Positions 1-9,600 are shown, numbered from the stretch's first letter. The stretch is DNA of 33,564 nucleotides from an uncultured Spirochaetia bacterium (GCA_964517045.1 CAZFAK010000002.1:1-33564), one strand, 5' to 3'. Translations and numbers: made by a program. The notes: generated by a model not told the origin, from the sequence alone.

Positions 1-68
1 GTGTCCAAAATATAACATGTTAAGCAATTTTACAGGTATTAAAAATCACACCCTCGTACCCTGACTGC

Positions 69-97
69 TTGACATAGACAGGTGGTAATTTTAAAAT
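69..97 (+). promoter_or_regulatory. sigma70-type promoter candidate for the MMPL operon
   Basis: TTGACA (69-74), 17-nt spacer, TAAAAT (92-97), about 65 nt upstream of the ATG at 162. Pattern match only. Confidence 0.4.
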
Positions 98-161
98 AGA
101 CTGAACAGTTTTATGGATATGGACAAGGCTGTGAGTTAAAAGATATTCAGGAGTTTAGTAA

Positions 162-2954
162 ATGACTATAGATAATCAATCCTGGCGCAGATATATTTTT
201 CAGCAGGTGGCCCGGTTTTCCGCTGAAAATCCGGTTAAGATACTGGCAGCTACTGTAATTGTAACCCTGCTGGCGGTTGTTATTGCTTCCGGTCTTAAAG
301 TGCAGATGACCTGGCTGGATATGGTACCCCAGGACAACCCGGCTGTAGCTGAGTTTGAGCGTATCAGCAGGAATTTCGGAAGTGCGACTGATATTATTTT
401 AACAATTGAAAATGAGAGTAAAAGTAAAATGAAAAAAATCGCCCGGGAAGTGGCAGCTGAGCTGCGCCGGCTGCAGAGTCCGGGGCTGGCTGAACTTAAC
501 GGTAAAGGTGAAGGATACCTGTTTAAAGATGTAGATTGCCGGTTGGACCAGGATTTTATACTTGAACATGGACTTATGCTGCAGAAAACCGCTGATCTAA
601 AGGAAAGTAAAGATATTTTCCGTAACCTGGACCTGGTTCCCTTTATGCAGGCCGTTAATGACAATTTTGAAAAAACCTATATTGGGGGCAAAAGGGAGAT
701 AAGAGGAAATCAGCACAGTGTTATTCAGGGTATAAACTCCTATATGGATGTTTTAAGGGAACTGCACCAGCTAACAGGAAAGGAAGCAGCAGCAGCTCGG
801 GGACGTATATGCGCCGGTAATTATTTTGATGATATGCTCTATTCTTTTTCAATTGATAAAAAGATGCTGATGCTTATGCTGCAGCCGGCCTGCAGTGTGG
901 ATGATATAAAAAAAATAGGTATTATAGTACCGCTTCTGCGGCAGAAACTGCAAAAGTATAAAAAAAAATATCCTGATACAGTTTTCCGGCATACCGGCTT
1001 TCACGTCATAATGCAGGATGAAATGGAAGCTGCTACCCAGGATTCTATGGTGCTTACCAATATTGCTTTTTTTATAATCCTGATAGCCTTTGTGATTCTT
1101 TTCCGGATGTGGGGCTCCCCTTTGATCGCCATGCTGGTGCTGCTGGTGGGTATAGCCTGGGATATGGCTTTAGCTGAGATTTTTATCGGCCGTCTCAATA
1201 TAATGACAGCCATGACTGCTGTAATGCTTATCGGACTGGGAGTTGATTTTTTTGCGCATTTTCTTACAGCTTACAATGAGGGCCGGGATAAAGGTATGAT
1301 CAGTACCAGGGCTTCTGTCTATGCAGCAGGTAAGGCCGGGGAAGGTATTTTCACCGGTGCTCTTACTACTGCAGCTGTTATGTTCTGTTTGATGCTGGCT
1401 GACATGAAAGCACTTCAAGAGTTGGGCCTGGTTATTGGCTGCGGCATACTTACCACCATGCTGGCCAGTTTTATTATTATGCCGGCAGTTTTAAGTTTAA
1501 TGCAGCCGCGTGAAAAATATCATATACCGGTATGGGTAAAGTTTCTCTCCTGGCTGCTGGCTGTAGTTACCATATTGCCGCTGGTGTTGATGTTAATCAA
1601 TTATTTAAATAAAAAGTTTTTCAGTTATCAGACTTGCGCCGGGCAGAATATTTTCCGCCGGGCAGGCAGTTTTATAACGCAAAAGCCGCGCCGGGTTTTT
1701 CTAACCGGTATTGCGGTTATTGCCGGTTTGTCCTGGTTTATTCAGTATAACTGGTTTGACCAGAATATTATGAACATTGAGATGAAAGGTCTGGAATCCG
1801 TAGAACTGCAGCGTGAAATAGTAAGGCGCTACGGTTTGTCTGATACACCGGTGATGTACGCAACCACTAACCTGGAGCAGACCCAGAAGCTGCACCATCG
1901 TATTGATAAACATAATGCAGTAGGTATGGTAAACTCTATTGCGTCGTTCATACCTCTGTTCGCCAAACAGCAAAAAAGGCTGCCGTATCTTAAGCAAATA
2001 CAGCAGCAGGTCGGGGCCTATACGCCCGGCCAGGAGATAGACCGCCGGCATTTTATCCGGGAGGTTAACCGTTTTAAAACCAATCTGCTGGAATTACGGC
2101 AGCTGGCAGCTATAAGTGATCAGGAGCTGGTGGAAAAAAGACTGGATACTGTTTTAGTTTCCAATAAAGGTTTTTTTACCACCCTGGAGCAAAAGCTTAA
2201 GCAGGTGTCCGGTTCCCGGTTAAGCGCTTTTCAAAAAGCATTCGGCAGCACACTTAAAACTGTTCTTTTTAAGATGTCCGGCCCGCAGTTAATAAATTAT
2301 GCTGATGTGCCGCCAGCGCTTAAAGCGGATTATGTTAATACTGATCAAACTGAGTTTCTTACTACTGCTTTTTCCAAAAAAGATATCTGGAATGCACCCA
2401 CAGAATCAAGGTTTATTAAATTTATGCGGCAGACAGTGAAAAATGTAACCGGCACACCTGTTTTCATGGTGGATCTTATTAATATAGTAGCCAGGGAAGG
2501 GAAAACAGCTATGTACATATCTTTACTGGTTATCTTTCTGCTGGTTTTACTGGACTTCAAGCAATTCCGTCCGGCCCTGATCTCGCTTCTGCCTCTGGCT
2601 CTGGCTATGCTTACCATGTTTGCAGTTACCGGTCTGCTGCAATATCCTTTTAATGTGGTAAGTGTTATGGTTTTACCTTTAATAATCGGTATAGGTATTG
2701 ATGACGGGGTGCATATTCTGCACCGTTACCGTATAGAAAAAAAACATATTCCCACAGTGCTGCAGACTACCGGTAAGGCGCTGTTTTTTACCAGTTTTAC
2801 TACTATGGTCGGTTTCGGCTCTTTAATGTTTGCCAAGTATCAGGGTTTTGTCGGTATGGGATTAGTACTTTTCATCGGTATTGGCGCTTGTTTTTTAATT
2901 ACAATAATTATAGTACCGGCATTATTAAAACTGCTGGATAGTAAAAAGAGATAA
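162..2954 (+). CDS. MMPL-family / HpnN-like RND superfamily exporter (930 aa)
   Basis: AGGAG (149-153) lies 8 nt before the ATG. There is an N-terminal TM helix, then two blocks of about 5-6 TM helices (aa ~295-480 and ~780-925), each preceded by a large soluble loop. The second block carries the RND/MMPL-type motif LPLIIGIGIDDGVHILHRY. This architecture is typical of MMPL lipid exporters. Confidence 0.8.
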   Translation: MTIDNQSWRRYIFQQVARFSAENPVKILAATVIVTLLAVVIASGLKVQMTWLDMVPQDNPAVAEFERISRNFGSATDIILTIENESKSKMKKIAREVAAELRRLQSPGLAELNGKGEGYLFKDVDCRLDQDFILEHGLMLQKTADLKESKDIFRNLDLVPFMQAVNDNFEKTYIGGKREIRGNQHSVIQGINSYMDVLRELHQLTGKEAAAARGRICAGNYFDDMLYSFSIDKKMLMLMLQPACSVDDIKKIGIIVPLLRQKLQKYKKKYPDTVFRHTGFHVIMQDEMEAATQDSMVLTNIAFFIILIAFVILFRMWGSPLIAMLVLLVGIAWDMALAEIFIGRLNIMTAMTAVMLIGLGVDFFAHFLTAYNEGRDKGMISTRASVYAAGKAGEGIFTGALTTAAVMFCLMLADMKALQELGLVIGCGILTTMLASFIIMPAVLSLMQPREKYHIPVWVKFLSWLLAVVTILPLVLMLINYLNKKFFSYQTCAGQNIFRRAGSFITQKPRRVFLTGIAVIAGLSWFIQYNWFDQNIMNIEMKGLESVELQREIVRRYGLSDTPVMYATTNLEQTQKLHHRIDKHNAVGMVNSIASFIPLFAKQQKRLPYLKQIQQQVGAYTPGQEIDRRHFIREVNRFKTNLLELRQLAAISDQELVEKRLDTVLVSNKGFFTTLEQKLKQVSGSRLSAFQKAFGSTLKTVLFKMSGPQLINYADVPPALKADYVNTDQTEFLTTAFSKKDIWNAPTESRFIKFMRQTVKNVTGTPVFMVDLINIVAREGKTAMYISLLVIFLLVLLDFKQFRPALISLLPLALAMLTMFAVTGLLQYPFNVVSVMVLPLIIGIGIDDGVHILHRYRIEKKHIPTVLQTTGKALFFTSFTTMVGFGSLMFAKYQGFVGMGLVLFIGIGACFLITIIIVPALLKLLDSKKR

Positions 2955-2965
2955 AGGAGAAGCCC

Positions 2966-3715
2966 ATGAAAGTAAAATATGCACTAAAACTATTTTCAAT
3001 ACTTATTATATTTACGCCGGCTTTGTCTGCTTTAAGTAGTGCGGCAATAGTAGCCCGTATGGAAAAAGCAGCTGCTGTGCCAGGCTGCCGTATGCTTTAC
3101 CGGCAGGTAATCAAGCGTGCTTCCGGTTCCCGCAGCGTTTTTAAAATTGAAAGTTTTACCATGAATGGCAACGAAAAACAGCTTTTGCGCTATCTTCACC
3201 CGGCCAAGGTCAAGGGTACTGCTTTTTTAATACTGAACAGCGGTGATGATATATGGGCCTATTTTTCCGCAACCGGCCGTGTGCGCCGGATAGCAAGGCA
3301 TGCACGGCGGCAGAAAATGATGGGCAGTGATTTTACCTATGAGGATATGTCCATGACTGCGTTTAAAGAAAAATATAAAGCCGAGCTTTTGGGGGAGGAT
3401 AAGGTTTTTGCTAAAGCTTGTTATAAATTGAAGCTGATACCTAAAGAGAGGTCTTCCTATGCCAAACTGATTGTATGGACCGATAAAAAACTTTTTGTAC
3501 CGTTACTGGTTAATTATTATGCTGCCGGGGAGAAAACTGCCTATAAACAATTTATGCAGGGTAAAATAAAAGTAATCAACAGCTATCCGGTTGCCCGCAT
3601 GGTTATAATGAAAAACCTGGAGGATAACAGTCAGACCATTATGCAGGTTTTGCAAGTAGAGATGAAACCGAATATTAATGAGGATATGTTCGTGCCCAGC
3701 TATCTGAAACGTTAG
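2966..3715 (+). CDS. LolA-like periplasmic 'outer membrane lipoprotein-sorting' family protein (249 aa)
   Basis: AAGGAG lies 6 nt before the ATG, and the gene starts 11 nt after the MMPL stop. It has a cleavable signal peptide (MKVKYALKLFSILIIFTPALSALSSAA). The size and the central GSDFTYEDM motif match my memory of the LolA_like family that is commonly encoded next to RND/MMPL or FtsX-type exporters. Confidence 0.6.
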   Translation: MKVKYALKLFSILIIFTPALSALSSAAIVARMEKAAAVPGCRMLYRQVIKRASGSRSVFKIESFTMNGNEKQLLRYLHPAKVKGTAFLILNSGDDIWAYFSATGRVRRIARHARRQKMMGSDFTYEDMSMTAFKEKYKAELLGEDKVFAKACYKLKLIPKERSSYAKLIVWTDKKLFVPLLVNYYAAGEKTAYKQFMQGKIKVINSYPVARMVIMKNLEDNSQTIMQVLQVEMKPNINEDMFVPSYLKR

Positions 3716-3729
3716 GCTGGATAGGGTTT

Positions 3730-5043
3730 ATGCGTTTTAAATTTTTGTTATTATCTGTTTTAATATTTTTTTCAATACCGGCTGCAGCTGAGACAAACAG
3801 GGACGCTGTTAGCAGCAATGAACTGCCTGCCGGTGATCCTTTTGGCGAGGCTGAGGCTATCATAAGCAGCAGCAGCAATGCTGAAGATACAATCGGGGAA
3901 AAAGCAGATACTGTCAGCTCTGATATACTGAGCGGATATCTGGAAAGCAGGGCTCTGTTGCTACACTCTGCTCCTAAGCAGGAGTGGCTTTTTCAAAACG
4001 CTAATAAACTCAAGTTAAAACTGGATAAAAGTTTTAACAGAATAAATTTTCACAGTGAGATCAATTTTTCCTACTATGCCGGTCATACCCGGTTATGCTT
4101 ACTGGAATATCTGCCGCAGAAACAGGTAAAAGCATTAAGTAATTTGTTTGGTACTAATTTTTCTGCAGACGTATATAACTATAATTATAATAACCGGATA
4201 ACGGTTTTCCGCGCTTACGGAGTTATTACCCTGCCCCGGGTCAGTTTTTTTATCGGCCGGCAGCCGGTCACCTGCGGTACCGGTTATGTCTGGAACCCGG
4301 TAGATCCTGTAAATAAAAAAGATATGCTGGATCCGGATTATGAACTGCCGCCTCTGGATGCTTTAAGAGTAATGCTGCCCCTGCCGGCAGTTAAAGGTGA
4401 ACTGAACTGTGCATACGGTTTTCGTAATAATTTTAAGGATGGAGAGTTTCTGGCTTTTATCCGGGCCCATGCCTGGCTGGACTGGCATCTTGTTTATGCT
4501 TATTATAACTATCATAAAACTGATTTTTTAACCGGCCTTACTACTTCCGGTAAAAGATCGCTCATCGGCGCTGCTTTTGCCGGTCAGGCGGGAGAGGTGG
4601 GAATACATGGAGAGGCAGCTTATCATACCGGCATTAAAAAAAAAGCAACAGCTTATTTTTCCTGGCTGGCCGGCTTTGATTATACTTTTACTTTTCAAAA
4701 CCGGATTATGGCAGAGTTTTACCGCAATGATTCCGGCAGCAAAAACTCACAGCAGTATACGCTGCAAAGCTGGCTCTCCTATATAAACATGGAACAGGGC
4801 TGTCTTGGTAAAAACTATCTTTATTTATCTTCCACTCAGATCCTGTTTGATATTACAGAGCTTTCTCTTAGCGCTTTAATCAATCTCAGTGACAGTTCCT
4901 ACTGTCTGATGCCGCAATATAAAATAATGGCCCTGGACCAGCTTGATATACTGTTGCGCTGTATGATAATGGACGGCAGCAAGGGCAGTGAATTTGCAGC
5001 TGTAAACGAAAGCGGTGAATTGAGAATTAATTTTTATTTTTAG
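3730..5043 (+). CDS. Predicted outer-membrane beta-barrel protein (437 aa), family unknown
   Basis: Signal peptide MRFKFLLLSVLIFFSIPAAAE, followed by an acidic Ser-rich linker and then an aromatic-rich sequence with alternating hydrophobicity. The C-terminus ends ...ELRINFYF; a terminal aromatic residue is the usual OMP/BAM signature. The gene starts 14 nt after the LolA-like gene. Confidence 0.5.
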   Translation: MRFKFLLLSVLIFFSIPAAAETNRDAVSSNELPAGDPFGEAEAIISSSSNAEDTIGEKADTVSSDILSGYLESRALLLHSAPKQEWLFQNANKLKLKLDKSFNRINFHSEINFSYYAGHTRLCLLEYLPQKQVKALSNLFGTNFSADVYNYNYNNRITVFRAYGVITLPRVSFFIGRQPVTCGTGYVWNPVDPVNKKDMLDPDYELPPLDALRVMLPLPAVKGELNCAYGFRNNFKDGEFLAFIRAHAWLDWHLVYAYYNYHKTDFLTGLTTSGKRSLIGAAFAGQAGEVGIHGEAAYHTGIKKKATAYFSWLAGFDYTFTFQNRIMAEFYRNDSGSKNSQQYTLQSWLSYINMEQGCLGKNYLYLSSTQILFDITELSLSALINLSDSSYCLMPQYKIMALDQLDILLRCMIMDGSKGSEFAAVNESGELRINFYF

Positions 5044-5088
5044 TAAACTGCAGCTGTTTAGCTTGAGAGATAAAGGAGGTTGTTCCCA

Positions 5089-5619
5089 GTGCCCTGGTTA
5101 TATTATAATGCTTTTAAGAAAAGTTTTAAAAACTCACCGCTAAGGGGAATTAAGGGAAACAGTGTTATATTACTGTTATTTTCGCTGCTGGCTTTAACTA
5201 TTGGTTTTTATAATAATGTGTTTGTTTTATCCTTCATAAACTCTTTCCGTGCCTTAATACTGCCTGTTACCATGTTTGTTATGCCTTGTTTTATGGAGGA
5301 GTTTTTTTTCCGGGGTATTTTTATGGCCCTGTTTTGCTGGAAAGCCGGTTTGGTCCGGAAAATATTTTTTATTATTTTCAGTTCTGTTATTTTTACCGCC
5401 TGGCATCCATTGAATGCCGGCTGGTTTAATGAGAGTGCTGAAACTTATTTTTACAATCCTTCCTTTTTGATGATTGTTTTTGCTCTGGGACTGGTCTGCA
5501 GTATTATTTATCTAAGATCAAAGTCTTTCTGGGCACCGGTTATTGTGCACTGGCTGGTAGTAATGGTCTGGGTTTTTCTCCTTAACGGACACAATACAGT
5601 CAAAAATATATTGTTCTGA
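5089..5619 (+). CDS. CPBP-family (CAAX/Abi-type) intramembrane glutamic endopeptidase
   Basis: All three CPBP motifs are present: EEFFFRG (E-E-x-x-x-R), FTAWH (F-x-x-x-H) and a late IVHW histidine, in a 5-6 TM protein. The ORF track starts at TTG 5080, which abuts AGGAGG (5074-5079). GTG 5089 has a proper 9-nt spacing, so I prefer it as the start. Confidence 0.75.
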   Translation: MPWLYYNAFKKSFKNSPLRGIKGNSVILLLFSLLALTIGFYNNVFVLSFINSFRALILPVTMFVMPCFMEEFFFRGIFMALFCWKAGLVRKIFFIIFSSVIFTAWHPLNAGWFNESAETYFYNPSFLMIVFALGLVCSIIYLRSKSFWAPVIVHWLVVMVWVFLLNGHNTVKNILF

Positions 5620-5648
5620 AAACAGTCTCAGTTATACTCCTGCCGGTT

Positions 5649-5681
5649 AGGCTTGTTAAAATTTTACTTTTTAACAAGCCT
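5649..5681. terminator. 13-bp hairpin between convergent genes (possible bidirectional terminator)
   Basis: AGGCTTGTTAAAA (5649-5661) pairs perfectly with TTTTAACAAGCCT (5669-5681) around a 7-nt loop. It overlaps the last codons of the minus-strand treT-like gene. There is no clean U-tract on either side, so function is uncertain. Confidence 0.3.
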
Positions 5682-7136
5682 GTTCAGCAGTTGACAATAC
5701 TTATCCAGCTGTGTAAATATCAGGAACTCGTCTCTTACCCGGCGTCTTGCTTTTTGGGCCATGGCTTCCATTTGGTCAGGGTTGGAGAGAGTTTGATTAA
5801 TAGTTGCTGCTACATCTTCAGAGTCGCCCGGGCTCTGGATCATGGCTGCTTCCCGGCCGGCAGTTACCTGTTGCCGCAGTCCGCAGGCATTACTTACTAT
5901 CACCGGTGTGCCTTTCCACATAGGTTCAGTAGCGGTCAGTCCGAATCCTTCCTGAATAGAGTTTTGAACTACGGCTGTGGCGCATGTATGCAGAGCGCTT
6001 ACCATTAACGCATTTTCCTCCCGGGAAGTCATGGGCAGACTTAACAAGATAATATCTTTTTGTAAATCCGCATGTAGTTCACAATATTTTTTACTAAGTA
6101 TCTGCAAAACTTCCTGTGCTTCCGGGTCATCCTTAACTGCAGCTGTTTCCGGCCCGGCCATTACCAGCCGCAGCTGTTGTAATCGTTTTTTATGTTCTCC
6201 CGGTTTGTCTTCAGCATAAGCATTAATGTTTTGTTTTAATTTAATGAAGGCTTCCATAAGCTCCTGCCAGCCTTTAAGGTTGTCCCAGCGCGATACCTGT
6301 AAAATAAAAGGGTGGCTAAGTAAACCGATGTCTTGGGGTAGGGTTGCCGTTTTAAAAGTATTATCACTTTGCAGCCGTTCAGCCTGGTGTTGATACGTGT
6401 TAACTGCAAGCTGCTGCGGTTTGACAGCCAGACCAGAGGCGTATAAAATACTGGTAAGCCGTGGTATGCGCAGTTCCCTGTTTTTGGCTGTAAAAGGATC
6501 AAGTGCAGGGTGGATAATGACGCTGCGGTCTTTGAGATAGGAGGGTATATATTCCGGAGCTGTAAAAACTGCCTGGTCATAGTTTTGCAGATATGGTTTC
6601 ATAAAATTCCATATGGTGGTAGTCTGTTCCGTTTTTTTATCCAGTCCTATATGACAGCGGAATATGGTTTTAACACCGGTAATATCTTTAAGTCTGGAAC
6701 CCATACCTGCCGGTTGCGGGTCATGGATAACAACTATATCATCCGTTTGGACCAGTTTTTTCATGTCTTGCACAAGTTCAGTACTTACATTTTCGTAGAG
6801 ATCAAAATCAGCTTTACTTAATTCCGGCCGCCCGCTGCCGTGAAAAAGATTGTGCATGCGTTTGGTTAAATTGAAAAAAGCGGTTTGTTCTGTGCTTATT
6901 ACTGCCCACCTTGCTGTAATGCCGGCTTCCCGCAGCATAAAGATCATACGGGGCAGCATTTCTGCCACTCCTCCGCCTTCAGCAGTGGAATTGACCATCC
7001 AGACAGTATGTTTTTTAAGATTGGAAGCAGTTTTGTCTAATATTTTTTTTAATTTTTCCACGACACCGGTTAGATAAACCGAATCAGCGTATTCTTCCAG
7101 GCGGGTTCCGGGTGTAACAGTTACTTCTTTAATCAT
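5664..7136 (-). CDS. treT: TreT-type trehalose synthase (GT4 glycosyltransferase)
   Basis: A string of motifs matches archaeal/bacterial TreT as I remember it: VNSTAEGGGVAEML, FFNLTKRMHN, HDPQPAG, FRCHIGLD, VSRWDNLKG and SIQEGFGLTATEPMWKGTPVI. GGAG lies directly next to the TTG at 7142, so ATG 7136 (6-nt spacing) is the likelier start. Confidence 0.7.
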   Translation of the reverse strand: MIKEVTVTPGTRLEEYADSVYLTGVVEKLKKILDKTASNLKKHTVWMVNSTAEGGGVAEMLPRMIFMLREAGITARWAVISTEQTAFFNLTKRMHNLFHGSGRPELSKADFDLYENVSTELVQDMKKLVQTDDIVVIHDPQPAGMGSRLKDITGVKTIFRCHIGLDKKTEQTTTIWNFMKPYLQNYDQAVFTAPEYIPSYLKDRSVIIHPALDPFTAKNRELRIPRLTSILYASGLAVKPQQLAVNTYQHQAERLQSDNTFKTATLPQDIGLLSHPFILQVSRWDNLKGWQELMEAFIKLKQNINAYAEDKPGEHKKRLQQLRLVMAGPETAAVKDDPEAQEVLQILSKKYCELHADLQKDIILLSLPMTSREENALMVSALHTCATAVVQNSIQEGFGLTATEPMWKGTPVIVSNACGLRQQVTAGREAAMIQSPGDSEDVAATINQTLSNPDQMEAMAQKARRRVRDEFLIFTQLDKYCQLLNRLVKK

Positions 7137-7316
7137 AATCAACTCCTTTCCGGGTTAATTATAACATATATAGAGTTATTAGCTGAAGCCTTGCGGTTTT
7201 CTTTTAAAGCCCGAAAGCTCCGGCCGGACTTGGTTTCAAAGATATTGTGTAAACCGGCACGTAAAGCTGAAGTTGACATAGGGTAATATGCTAAAGTAAA
7301 TATACAACGGCTATTC

Positions 7317-8591
7317 TTAAAAAATAATATTATACAGAAAATAAAGCAGAAAAACCCAGACAAGCATAACCGTTTCCGGGGCCAGGAGCCGGTAGATACT
7401 CTCCAGCAGGTCGGTTTTAAAATATTTGTTGGTTACAACCAGGCAGATATGTACAGGGGAGAGTATCATTCCAATGTAACCCACGCCATAGGCCAGTATT
7501 ACGGTAGCGTACAACTGTCCTGCTGTAACATCTGAAGGTAATAAATTCATTACGACCGGAAAACTGGTGCCTACAAAACCAATAGCAATGCCGGAAGTAA
7601 AACCGCTGATAAAAGGCAGCAGCATAATGATAGCTAAAACAGGTATATGCCAGGTATTCAATTCCGCACTTATTTTGTCCATAAAAGCTATGCCGCCGGG
7701 AAGTTCGGCTTCGATAAAGGCGCCGTAAATCCTGATAAATAAAACTACAGTTGCCAGGTTATAAAGTTTTTTATTTGTTATTATCTTTTTCCAGTCAGAT
7801 AAGGATAAGGCCCGGGAGTATTGTAAGTATAGCTGGGCAGTACTCACCCCGATTATTACAGGAAGATATTTGCTGAAAGCAGTCAGGGCCGGGAATAAAA
7901 GTTTTATAATGGCGTAAACCGCTATTATAATAATAACCGGCATTAGCGGTTTGAGCAGAACATGAAAACTGATAGTTTCCTCAGACCGGTCTTCTGCTGC
8001 CGGTACACGGCGCAGAAAAAAAACCGCACCGACTATTACAGTCATTAAAGTCAGGGGAAAATTTATAAGCATAAGATGCGTAAGGGGGATTTCGCTTATT
8101 TCAGCGGCCAGCAGAATGCCGGGGTACAGGGGCCACCAGTATTCCCAGATGTGACGAAACCAGTAGTTAATTTTAGTTTTGAGCATGGGCGGAATTTTAT
8201 TATTTTTATCTGTTTTGTCTATAAGCGGAGCTGAAAAAACGGCTCCGCCGGGCATAGGCAACAGACCGACAGCAGCGGGCAGTACTGCCATGGTTGTGCG
8301 TCGGGAAAATTTTTTACTGAAATTTTCCACCAGTTGTTTCATTATACCGCTAAAAGACATTTGGGAACTTAAAATAATTATTTGTAAAACTATTATGAGC
8401 AGCATTATATTATTGATTGAGAAAGCCCGGTCCGCAGATATTTGCCAAATAGCAGCAGGCGTGTGGCCTGACCATATAGATAATACGATTGTGCCGATGA
8501 TAACCGCTATGGTTAGTTGTTTTAATATTCGGTTAAAAAAAAGAATGAGAAATAAAGAAATAAGCAGTCGTGCCAGAAAAGGAAATTCCAT
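7317..8591 (-). CDS. Polytopic inner-membrane protein, possible DUF401 / ion-transporter-superfamily permease (424 aa)
   Basis: About 10-12 hydrophobic helices and no soluble domain. AGGTGA lies 6 nt before the ATG, and the gene starts 7 nt after the obg stop, making it the last gene of that operon. The family assignment is from memory of general layout only. Confidence 0.5.
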   Translation of the reverse strand: MEFPFLARLLISLFLILFFNRILKQLTIAVIIGTIVLSIWSGHTPAAIWQISADRAFSINNIMLLIIVLQIIILSSQMSFSGIMKQLVENFSKKFSRRTTMAVLPAAVGLLPMPGGAVFSAPLIDKTDKNNKIPPMLKTKINYWFRHIWEYWWPLYPGILLAAEISEIPLTHLMLINFPLTLMTVIVGAVFFLRRVPAAEDRSEETISFHVLLKPLMPVIIIIAVYAIIKLLFPALTAFSKYLPVIIGVSTAQLYLQYSRALSLSDWKKIITNKKLYNLATVVLFIRIYGAFIEAELPGGIAFMDKISAELNTWHIPVLAIIMLLPFISGFTSGIAIGFVGTSFPVVMNLLPSDVTAGQLYATVILAYGVGYIGMILSPVHICLVVTNKYFKTDLLESIYRLLAPETVMLVWVFLLYFLYNIIF

Positions 8592-8598
8592 ATTAAGT

Positions 8599-9597
8599 TC
8601 ACCTGTTGGGTTTATTATTCAGGATGTTATAGCCTATTTTTTTTAGTTGTTTAAGTCCGGCACGGGTTACCCCGGAAAAAAAATATAATTCATCCCTGAG
8701 CTCGGCCGGAAATTTTTTTTGCAGGCTTTCAATACCTGCAGCGGCTATGTCTATTTTACTAATGCCTATGGCAAAAGGTTTGTTATAGAGTATATTACTA
8801 TAGTTTTTAATCTCTTTTCTTAATTTCTGAAAACTTTTATAGGGATTTTCCCCGGTTGCTTCTATAATAAAAAAAAGATAACAGGTTCGTTCTATATGTT
8901 TTAAAAAATCTATTCCCAGCCCTTTGCCGGTATGGGCTCCTTCGATAAGTCCCGGGATATCAGCAATTATGACCGAGTTTTCCCAATCCAGTTTATAAAC
9001 TCCGAGTTTTGGTGTCAGGGTAGTAAATGGGTAATCGGCTATTCTGGCTTTGGCATTCGTTAAAACCGAGATCAGAGTAGACTTGCCCGCATTGGGAAAG
9101 CCTACCAAACCAATATCAGCTATAAGTTTTATCTCCAGAGATATATTGGCTTCTTCTCCGGGCAATCCCTTTTGGGCATAAACAGGTGCCTGGTTGGTTG
9201 AAGTAGCAAAGTGATGGTTGCCTTTCCCCCCTTTGCCGCCGCGCAGGATTGTGAAACTTTGTTTATCTGTGGTTAAATCCCGGATGAGATCACCGGCCGT
9301 ATTTTTTACAACAGTCCCTACCGGAACATGTATTTTCAGGTCGGCACCGGATCTGCCGTTACTTAATTTTTTCCCTCCGGCCTGCCCGTCTTCAGCCCGC
9401 AGATGTTTTTTTGAATGAAGGCTTAGCAGAGATGATATCTTTTTATCAGCAATGAGTATTACATTGCCGCCTCTGCCGCCGTCACCTCCGTCAGGGCCGC
9501 CTTTTTCAATGTATTTTTCACGCCTGAAGGAAACACTGCCTGCCCCCCCGTGACCGGACTGCAGAGATATGGTAGTGCTGTCAATAAATTTATTCAA
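8599..9597 (-). CDS. obg: GTPase Obg/CgtA
   Basis: The N-terminal glycine-rich Obg fold is present (GHGGAGSVSFRREKYIEKGGPDGGDGGRGGNV...GGKGGKGN). G-domain motifs are G1 GFPNAGKST, G2 YPFTTL and G3 DIPG. The start is TTG, 3 nt after the STAS stop. Confidence 0.9.
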   Translation of the reverse strand: MNKFIDSTTISLQSGHGGAGSVSFRREKYIEKGGPDGGDGGRGGNVILIADKKISSLLSLHSKKHLRAEDGQAGGKKLSNGRSGADLKIHVPVGTVVKNTAGDLIRDLTTDKQSFTILRGGKGGKGNHHFATSTNQAPVYAQKGLPGEEANISLEIKLIADIGLVGFPNAGKSTLISVLTNAKARIADYPFTTLTPKLGVYKLDWENSVIIADIPGLIEGAHTGKGLGIDFLKHIERTCYLFFIIEATGENPYKSFQKLRKEIKNYSNILYNKPFAIGISKIDIAAAGIESLQKKFPAELRDELYFFSGVTRAGLKQLKKIGYNILNNKPNR

Positions 9598-9600
9598 AAA

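Noticed and set aside
1-18. A possible divergent gene start on the minus strand (ATG at 18-16, reading MLYFGH... out of the window), or a plus-strand gene ending at TAA 13-15.
   Set aside because: Only 5-6 codons are visible, which is not supportable from this window.
5080-5088. The TTG start given by the ORF track for the CPBP gene.
   Set aside because: AGGAGG (5074-5079) is immediately adjacent to it, with zero spacing. GTG at 5089 has a functional 9-nt spacing, so the first three codons are probably untranslated.
7139-7363. A 74-aa ORF bridging the treT start and the stop of the permease gene.
   Set aside because: It overlaps both neighbouring genes and the treT promoter/RBS region, and has no RBS of its own. 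It is most likely non-coding spacer.
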